Shown here: positions 57,500 to 64,000 of the stretch, one piece after another | Numbering within the stretch: position 1 is the first letter of the stretch | Layout of the letters: each line of letters starts with the position of its first letter | Notes under the pieces: model-generated | What the model was told of the DNA's origin: nothing | Database searches by the model: none | The model's input: the letters and a program-made list of their open reading frames with translations, nothing else | IMG/VR virus record: IMGVR_UViG_3300008339_000030 | Location: 1 to 64,000 of that record | Direction: 5' to 3' (one strand) | From: an uncultured virus (IMG/VR IMGVR_UViG_3300008339_000030) | Lineage: Duplodnaviria; Heunggongvirae; Uroviricota; Caudoviricetes | Length of the DNA: 64,000 nt | Program-made: the position numbers and the translations under genes

Positions 57500-57897
57500 G
57501 CTTTGATAAGTTAGATGAAAAATTTCAAGTTGTTTCAACGACAGTAGACGAGGTGGAAGAAAAGACATCTCCTGTAATAGAAGATGATGCCCAACACGCC
57601 CGTGAAACATTGAGAAATTTAATTGATAAGGGGAATGAAGCCATTGACGGTATCTTACATATTGCAAAAAACAGTGACCATCCCCGAGCATATGAAGTTG
57701 CAGGACAACTCATTAAGACTGTTTCTGATACTGCCAAGGATTTACTTGAAGTTCAAAAGCGGAAAAAAGAATTGGAAAAAACAGATAAACCAAAAATACA
57801 GACACAAAACAATTTGTTCGTTGGTTCAACTCATGAGTTATTGAAAGCCATGAAGAAAGTCAATGAACCCATTACAATACAGGATGTAAATGATTGA
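57496..57897 (+). CDS. Terminase small subunit gp16
   Basis: HPRAYEV and NNLFVGST.EL motifs. Confidence 0.92.
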   Translation: MSFDKLDEKFQVVSTTVDEVEEKTSPVIEDDAQHARETLRNLIDKGNEAIDGILHIAKNSDHPRAYEVAGQLIKTVSDTAKDLLEVQKRKKELEKTDKPKIQTQNNLFVGSTHELLKAMKKVNEPITIQDVND

Positions 57898-59533
57898 AGA
57901 AAACAATTCGTACCATGGCAATCCTAACTTAAAACCTGTTGGTCATCAACACCAGTTCACACCAGAAGAAATTCAGGAATTTGTGAAGTGTCAAGAGGAT
58001 CCAATTTATTTCATTGAGAATTATTGTCACATTGTTACACTTGACCATGGATTACAACTTTTCAAACTGTACGGTTGTCAGAAAACGAAAGTTAATGTTA
58101 TTCTGAATAATCGTAAAGTGGTACTTATGGAAGGGCGTCAGCAAGGAAAAACTATCACGGCTGCCGCATGTATCCTATGGTATACATTATTTCAAGAGAG
58201 TAAAACTGTAGCAATTCTAGCCAATAAAGGTAGTGCTGCGCGTGAAGTATTAGACCGTTATCAAATCATGTATGAACATCTTCCCATCTGGATGCAACAA
58301 GGAGTTCGTACTTGGAACAAAGGTAACGTTGAGTTGGAAAATGGAAGTAAGGTGTTTACTGCTGCCACAACAGGATCCGGTATTCGTGGTAAGTCTGTTA
58401 ACTGGCTGTATATTGACGAAGCTGCCATTATCCCGAACAACATTGCAGAACAATTCTTTGCGTCTGTATATCCGACAATTTCTGCCGGTACAACAACCAA
58501 GATTCTGCTAACATCCACCCCATTAGGTTACAACCATTTTTGGAAATTCTGGAACGAAGCTGAAAAGGGTAAAAACGGGTTCGTTCATCACTTTATTCCA
58601 TATTGGGAAATTCCGGGTCGTGATGAAGCCTGGGCAGAAGAACAAAGAAAGACGTTGGGTGATGTGAAATTCAATCAAGAAGTACTATGTCAGTTTTTGG
58701 GTTCTACAAACACGTTGATTAATGGCGCAACACTGGCATATATGAGTAGTATGGATCCTGTGTTTTACAATGAAATGGGGTTGTCCATTTATACTGAACC
58801 CAGCAAAGATAGAATGTATGTCATTTGTGTTGACGTTGCCCGAGGTGTGGGAGGAGATTATTCGGCATTCACCATTGTTGATGTCACTGAGATGCCGTAT
58901 AAACTTGTAGGTAAGTTTAAAAACAATACCATTTCTCCCATGTTGTTCCCAGATGTCATTGTGAAAGCTGCACGAGATTACAATAATGCATATATACTTG
59001 TAGAAACAAATGACATTGGCGGACAAATTGCAGACATTCTACATATTGAACATGAATATGAAAATATGCTCTGTACAATACAAGAAAACAAACAAACCTA
59101 CATTAGTCCAGGATTTGCCAAATCCACAACAATGGGTGTTAGAACCACAAAGTCTGTGAAACGTCAAGGGTGTTTCGCCATCAAATCTCTCCTCGAGGAG
59201 AAAAAACTAAATATATTTGACGCCGAAACCATTCATGAATTTTCAACATTCATTGAGAAAAATGGTACATTCGTAGCTGACGAAGGATATCATGATGACT
59301 TAGTGATGACGTTAGTACTATTTGGTTGGCTTACCACAAACCAATATTTCCGCGAACTCACAGACATCAACGTTCGTGAGAGAATCTACAAACAACAAAT
59401 GATGCAAATTGAAGATGAACTGACACCATTTGGTTTCATAGATGACGGCACTTCAGAATCCATATTTGTTGAGAACAATATTGTGTGGTCAACCGATAAA
59501 TCTTTGCCATGGAACAACATCTACAAGAATTAA
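57890..59533 (+). CDS. Terminase large subunit gp17
   Basis: RQQGKT, IDEAA, TSTP.G, DVARG and HDDLVM motifs. Confidence 0.97.
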   Translation: MIEENNSYHGNPNLKPVGHQHQFTPEEIQEFVKCQEDPIYFIENYCHIVTLDHGLQLFKLYGCQKTKVNVILNNRKVVLMEGRQQGKTITAAACILWYTLFQESKTVAILANKGSAAREVLDRYQIMYEHLPIWMQQGVRTWNKGNVELENGSKVFTAATTGSGIRGKSVNWLYIDEAAIIPNNIAEQFFASVYPTISAGTTTKILLTSTPLGYNHFWKFWNEAEKGKNGFVHHFIPYWEIPGRDEAWAEEQRKTLGDVKFNQEVLCQFLGSTNTLINGATLAYMSSMDPVFYNEMGLSIYTEPSKDRMYVICVDVARGVGGDYSAFTIVDVTEMPYKLVGKFKNNTISPMLFPDVIVKAARDYNNAYILVETNDIGGQIADILHIEHEYENMLCTIQENKQTYISPGFAKSTTMGVRTTKSVKRQGCFAIKSLLEEKKLNIFDAETIHEFSTFIEKNGTFVADEGYHDDLVMTLVLFGWLTTNQYFRELTDINVRERIYKQQMMQIEDELTPFGFIDDGTSESIFVENNIVWSTDKSLPWNNIYKN

Positions 59534-59556
59534 AGTATTTTGAAGGTGTGTAAAGT

Positions 59557-59564
59557 TATAAATA
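59557..59564 (+). promoter_or_regulatory. T4-type late promoter for the sheath gene
   Basis: TATAAATA upstream of AGGAG RBS and ATG 59633. Confidence 0.7.
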
Positions 59565-59632
59565 TTATAAACCATAGTGTAATCACGCCCTGAAAATACT
59601 ATTAAGATTTCAATCACTAACAGGAGAATAAA

Positions 59633-61306
59633 ATGGCATTTCAATTATCACCAGGCGTACTTGTAGTCGAAAAAGACCTAACAGGTATCGTTCCTGCTGT
59701 TGCCACATCAATAGGTGGCTACGTAGGAGCCTTCCAATGGGGTCCGGTAGAACAAATCACAACCATCAGCAACGAAGCTGAACTCGTCAAAACATTTGCA
59801 AAGCCAAACAATACAGTTGCCGCTAGCTGGTTCTCAGCCGCCAACTTCTTGGCATATGGCAACAACTTAAAGGTTGTTCGCTCAGTAGGTAGTAATGCAA
59901 AGAATGCTGTAACATCAGGCACAGCAATTCTCATCAAGAACGAAGACCAATGGGAAGCACAATATTCAAACGGCGCCGCATCAGTAGGTGAATGGGCTGC
60001 TAAGTTCCCAGGTGTTCTAGGTAACTCATTAAAGGTGTCAGCATGTGACGCTTCAGGCTTCTCAGCATGGACCTATCGCACAGAATTCGACGCAGCACCT
60101 GGCACATCAGACTTCCTCGTGAATTTAGGAAACACTGAAGCCGGCGACGAAATGCACATTGTCGTTGTTGACGAAGATGGTTTATGGACAGGCACACCTG
60201 GTACTGTACTAGAAAAGTTTGCATTCGTTTCAAAGGGTAGTGACGTTAAGAAGGCTGACGGATCAAATGCATTCTATCGTGATGTACTTCGTGGTTCACG
60301 TTACGTATATTGGATGGATCATCCTGCAGGAACAAACTGGGGCAGTGCTGCATCAGCATCAATCGAATATGATGGCTTAGGATCAGACGATTGGTCACTT
60401 GCCAATGGTGTTTCTGACGATGCACCATCAACCGGCGCACTTCAAACAGGTTGGGACTTATTTGCCAATGCAGAAATCGTTGATGTAAATCTTCTATTCA
60501 ACGGTCCTAACGCATTAGCAGTTGGACAATACATGATTCAAACTGCTCAAGCACGTATGGATTGCGTAGGTTTCGTTTCACCTCTCTTAGCATCTGTATT
60601 AAATAACGCAGGCAGCGAAGCTGAGGACATCATCACAGACCGTCAAGATACATTAAATGTCAATACATCATATGGTGTTATGGACTCAGGTTGGAAATAT
60701 CAATACGACAAGTACAATGATTTGTATCGTTGGGTTCCATTGAATGCCGACATTGCAGGTCTCTGTGCACGTACTGACACCATTGCCGATCCTTGGTTCT
60801 CACCAGGTGGTTTAAATCGTGGTCAAATCAAGAATGTTGTGAAGTTGGCATATTCACCTGACAAGACTGACCGCGATGAACTATATAAGAATGGCATCAA
60901 CCCAGTTGTGTCATTCCCAGGCGAAGGTACTGTATTGTTTGGCGACAAGACACTTCTTGCCAAGCCATCAGCTTTCGATAGAATCAACGTTCGTCGTTTG
61001 TTCATCGTTCTAGAAAAGGCAATTGCCACAGCAGGCAAGTATCAATTGTTTGAATTCAACGATGCCTTCACACGCGCACAATTCCGTAACTTAGTGGAAC
61101 CATTCTTGCGCGATGTTCGTGGTCGTCGTGGTATCTTTGACTTCCGCGTAGTTTGCGATGAAACAAATAACACAGGCGAAGTCATTGACCGTAACGAATT
61201 CGTAGCTGACATCTTCATCAAGCCAGCTCGTTCAATCAACTTCATGCAATTGAACTTCATCGCCACACGTACTGGTGTGAGCTTTGAAGAAGTCGTAGGC
61301 GCCTAA
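59633..61306 (+). CDS. Tail sheath protein gp18
   Basis: LSPGV...E.D, WFSPGG.NRG, FDRINVRRLF and IKPARSINF motifs. Confidence 0.97.
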   Translation: MAFQLSPGVLVVEKDLTGIVPAVATSIGGYVGAFQWGPVEQITTISNEAELVKTFAKPNNTVAASWFSAANFLAYGNNLKVVRSVGSNAKNAVTSGTAILIKNEDQWEAQYSNGAASVGEWAAKFPGVLGNSLKVSACDASGFSAWTYRTEFDAAPGTSDFLVNLGNTEAGDEMHIVVVDEDGLWTGTPGTVLEKFAFVSKGSDVKKADGSNAFYRDVLRGSRYVYWMDHPAGTNWGSAASASIEYDGLGSDDWSLANGVSDDAPSTGALQTGWDLFANAEIVDVNLLFNGPNALAVGQYMIQTAQARMDCVGFVSPLLASVLNNAGSEAEDIITDRQDTLNVNTSYGVMDSGWKYQYDKYNDLYRWVPLNADIAGLCARTDTIADPWFSPGGLNRGQIKNVVKLAYSPDKTDRDELYKNGINPVVSFPGEGTVLFGDKTLLAKPSAFDRINVRRLFIVLEKAIATAGKYQLFEFNDAFTRAQFRNLVEPFLRDVRGRRGIFDFRVVCDETNNTGEVIDRNEFVADIFIKPARSINFMQLNFIATRTGVSFEEVVGA

Positions 61307-61335
61307 ACTAAATAACTTCTAGGAGATAGAAACAA

Positions 61336-61851
61336 ATGGATATTACCCAATTTAGAAACAAGTTAGGCGCAGGTGGTGCTCGTCCAAATCAATTTTTGGT
61401 AACACTTACTTGGCCTGCAGCAGTAGGAGTAGCCGCTTCTGATGACTCATTACTTGTCACAGCCGCTGCACTCCCTGCATCAAACGTTAACCCAACAATC
61501 GTTCAATATCGTGGTCGTGAAGTAAAGATGGCAGGAGAACGCATCTTTGATCCATGGACAATCACAGTTATCAACGATACATCTTTGAAGATGCGTCAAT
61601 ACTTCGAACGCTGGACAAACTTAATGAACGACCGTGTAAACAACGGTGGTCAATTAACCCCTGCGTTGTATCAATGTGATTTACGTGTACAACAATTGGA
61701 TAGAAATGATGTTACACTTCGTACATATGAAATTCGTAACGCATTCCCAATTAACGTTTCAGAAATTGCATTAGCATACAGTCAAAATGATGTCATTTCA
61801 GAATTCACAGTGACTTTCCAATATTCGCATTTTGACGTAACACCTGTTTAA
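61336..61851 (+). CDS. Tail tube protein gp19
   Basis: GARPNQF, YRGR, W.ITVIND, QLDR and FP..VSEI.L motifs. CTAAATA late-type promoter at 61308. Confidence 0.95.
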   Translation: MDITQFRNKLGAGGARPNQFLVTLTWPAAVGVAASDDSLLVTAAALPASNVNPTIVQYRGREVKMAGERIFDPWTITVINDTSLKMRQYFERWTNLMNDRVNNGGQLTPALYQCDLRVQQLDRNDVTLRTYEIRNAFPINVSEIALAYSQNDVISEFTVTFQYSHFDVTPV

Positions 61852-61873
61852 TCTTTGACAAGGTAAAAATATT

Positions 61874-63457
61874 ATGGATATTTTTGGATATAGCATCAAG
61901 CGGAAGGAGCCCGCACGAACTGAAATTAGTTTCGTGCCTCCTTCCGACGATGGTGCTCTCGACACTGTCCGGGCAGGTGGGTACTACGGTACCTACCTCG
62001 ACCTGGATAATGCAGCAAAAAATGAATCAGATTTAATTCAACGCTATCGTGCCATTTCTTTAATGGCGGATGTTGATAGTGCCATTGATGATATCGTCAA
62101 TGAATCCATTGCCAATATTGAAGATGAGGATCCTATTGAAATTGATTTAGATGATGTAAAGGCTCCAGCATCAATCAAGAAAGCCATCAAGGAAGAATTT
62201 GCAAACATCACACAAATTCTTGACTTTAAACATCGAGCACAAGATTATTTTCGTCGCTGGTATGTAGATGGTCGTGTGTATTTTCACAAAGTTGTAGACG
62301 TAGCAAAACCCAAACAAGGGTTAACTGATATTCGTTATATTGATCCAAGAAAAATCAAGAAAATCAGAAACGTCATTAAAGAAACTGAAAAAAATACAGG
62401 TGTAGAACTTGTACGTAAGGTGGAAGAATTTTTCGTATATAATGAAAAGGGTGTATTAACTACACCTGTGACACAAGCAAGTCCAAGTGCCACACAAGGA
62501 TTGAAAATAACCAAAGACGCCATTTGTTATGTCCCATCAGGTTTAGTTGATGTAGATAATAACATGGTGTTGAGCTATTTACATAAAGCCATCAAAACAG
62601 CAAACCAATTGCGTATGATGGAAAATGCTCTTGTCATCTATCGTTTAGCAAGAGCGCCCGAAAGAAGAATTTTCTATATTGATGTAGGTAACCTTCCCAA
62701 GTTGAAGGCTGAACAATACATCAAGGACATCATGAATCGTTATCGCAACAAGTTGGTGTATGATGCCAACACAGGCGAGATTCGTGATGATAAAAAGACT
62801 ATGAGCTTGTTGGAAGATTTCTGGTTGCCTCGTCGTGAAGGAGGTAAGGGTACTGAAATTGATACTCTACCTGGTGGTCAAAACCTCGGTGAAATTGCCG
62901 ACATTGAATACTTCCAACGTAAGTTGTATGAAAGTTTATATGTTCCTGTTTCTCGTTTGCAACAACAATCAGGATTGAACTTTGGTCGTGCCGCTGAAAT
63001 TAATCGTGATGAATTGAAGTTCACAAAATTCATCAATAAATTGCGCCGTCAATTTTCACGTATGTTTGATGACCTGTTGAAAACACAACTTGTGTTAAAA
63101 GGTGTCACAACTGAAACTGATTGGGAAGAAATGAAGGAAGATATCAAGTATAAGTTTGCTCAAGATGCCTATTATTCTGAAAGCAAAGACCAAGAATTGT
63201 TGCGGGCTCGCGTTGAATTACTATCACAACTTGCAGAATTTGATGGTAAATATATAAGTAAGAGTTACATTCAAAAGCATGTGTTGCGTTTAACTGATGA
63301 AGAAATTGCACAAATGAATTCAGAAAACGAAGAAGCTGCTTCAGCAGGAATGGATTACTCTGAACCCCTTGAAGACCCAAATCAGCCCGGCAACATATTA
63401 CCTAAGGGATCTCCTTTCCCCGCCCCACCGGAGAAGAAAAAGAATGGAACTACATGA
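61874..63457 (+). CDS. Portal protein gp20
   Basis: WYVDGR, YRLARAPERRIFYIDVGNLPK and EDFWLPRREGGKGTEI motifs. Confidence 0.97.
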   Translation: MDIFGYSIKRKEPARTEISFVPPSDDGALDTVRAGGYYGTYLDLDNAAKNESDLIQRYRAISLMADVDSAIDDIVNESIANIEDEDPIEIDLDDVKAPASIKKAIKEEFANITQILDFKHRAQDYFRRWYVDGRVYFHKVVDVAKPKQGLTDIRYIDPRKIKKIRNVIKETEKNTGVELVRKVEEFFVYNEKGVLTTPVTQASPSATQGLKITKDAICYVPSGLVDVDNNMVLSYLHKAIKTANQLRMMENALVIYRLARAPERRIFYIDVGNLPKLKAEQYIKDIMNRYRNKLVYDANTGEIRDDKKTMSLLEDFWLPRREGGKGTEIDTLPGGQNLGEIADIEYFQRKLYESLYVPVSRLQQQSGLNFGRAAEINRDELKFTKFINKLRRQFSRMFDDLLKTQLVLKGVTTETDWEEMKEDIKYKFAQDAYYSESKDQELLRARVELLSQLAEFDGKYISKSYIQKHVLRLTDEEIAQMNSENEEAASAGMDYSEPLEDPNQPGNILPKGSPFPAPPEKKKNGTT

Positions 63458-64000
63458 GGTTAAGATAGGCGATACCGTTTCTTTCACCCATAAAGGAAAG
63501 AAAGTTACAGGTAGAGTAATACATCGTCACGACGGAAATAAGAATTCTGCCCTTGCGGGTCATGTGAATATTCAGCCATCAAATGCAGATTCTAATCCCC
63601 ATACCATACATGTGTCTAAATTAAAACCTGCTACACAAATAAAAGAGGATATTCAGATGGCAGATATTAACGAACAAATTTTAGATTTAATTGATAACAT
63701 TGAAGCAGGCAATCATCTAGAAGCCAATAACATCTTCAACGAATTATTACAATCAAAAATTGATGCTTTGCTTGATGCAAAGAAAAATGAAGTTTCTTCA
63801 TCAATGTTCAACACAGAAGAATGTGCTGAATGTATGGAAGAAGAAAAGAAAATGAAGAAGGAAAAGAAAGAAGATGAGGATGACGATGAAGAAGATGACT
63901 ACGAAGATGAAGATGAAAGAATGGATGAAGCTTTAATTGGTGGTCAAAAGAAAATTGATGTCAACAAGAATGGTAAATTAGATGCCATGGACTTCAAGAT
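63444..64000 (+). CDS. Prohead core protein (gp67-like), running off the window; alternative in-frame start at 63657
   Basis: Manual translation is open from ATG 63444 (MELHEVKIGD...) to the window end. MADINEQILDLIDNIEAG...F..LL..KI...L..KK..V follows a GAGG RBS. Acidic tail; position after the portal gene. Confidence 0.7.
   Translation, partial: MELHEVKIGDTVSFTHKGKKVTGRVIHRHDGNKNSALAGHVNIQPSNADSNPHTIHVSKLKPATQIKEDIQMADINEQILDLIDNIEAGNHLEANNIFNELLQSKIDALLDAKKNEVSSSMFNTEECAECMEEEKKMKKEKKEDEDDDEEDDYEDEDERMDEALIGGQKKIDVNKNGKLDAMDFK

Noticed and set aside
57890..63457. Introns or inteins in terminase, sheath or portal
   Set aside because: The ORFs are continuous, of ordinary length, and show no splicing motifs.
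1..64000. Stop-codon reassignment
   Set aside because: Core genes are full length in code 11, and TAA, TGA and TAG all end genes at sensible positions.

Overview
This window is a 64-kb piece of a large T4-like (Tevenvirinae/Kyanoviridae-type) myophage genome, AT-rich and read with the standard genetic code. Bases 1-13.5 kb hold accessory and replication genes: two radical SAM proteins, a carbamoyltransferase, DNA ligase, PhoH, a Cas4-like exonuclease, a QueC-like ATPase, an S8 protease, a sulfotransferase, a SleB-type hydrolase, gp33, gp59 and gp32. This part also carries a circularly permuted (two-piece) tmRNA gene behind a T4 late promoter. A minus-strand block at 13.5-18.2 kb encodes gp4, gp2, a gp54-like protein, gp26, a gp51-like protein and a probable tape measure protein. 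Bases 18.2-38.4 kb encode the baseplate, 38.4-55 kb hold tail fibres and adhesin-like proteins interleaved with glycosyl/methyltransferases, and 55-64 kb run from gp13 to gp20 and into a gp67-like gene. The four most notable observations are: (1) a mucin-like Thr-rich, Cys-rich fibre-associated protein followed directly by a GT95/GT96-like enzyme, FkbM, GT32, GT2 and a thioredoxin-like/Cys-cluster protein, a candidate virion O-glycosylation system; (2) the permuted tmRNA; (3) a T TTT TTC slippery site that would fuse gp26 to the gp51-like ORF by -1 frameshift just upstream of the tape measure candidate; (4) a split gp5 carrying an M15 peptidase domain. All family calls come from motif recognition by eye; no database searches were run.
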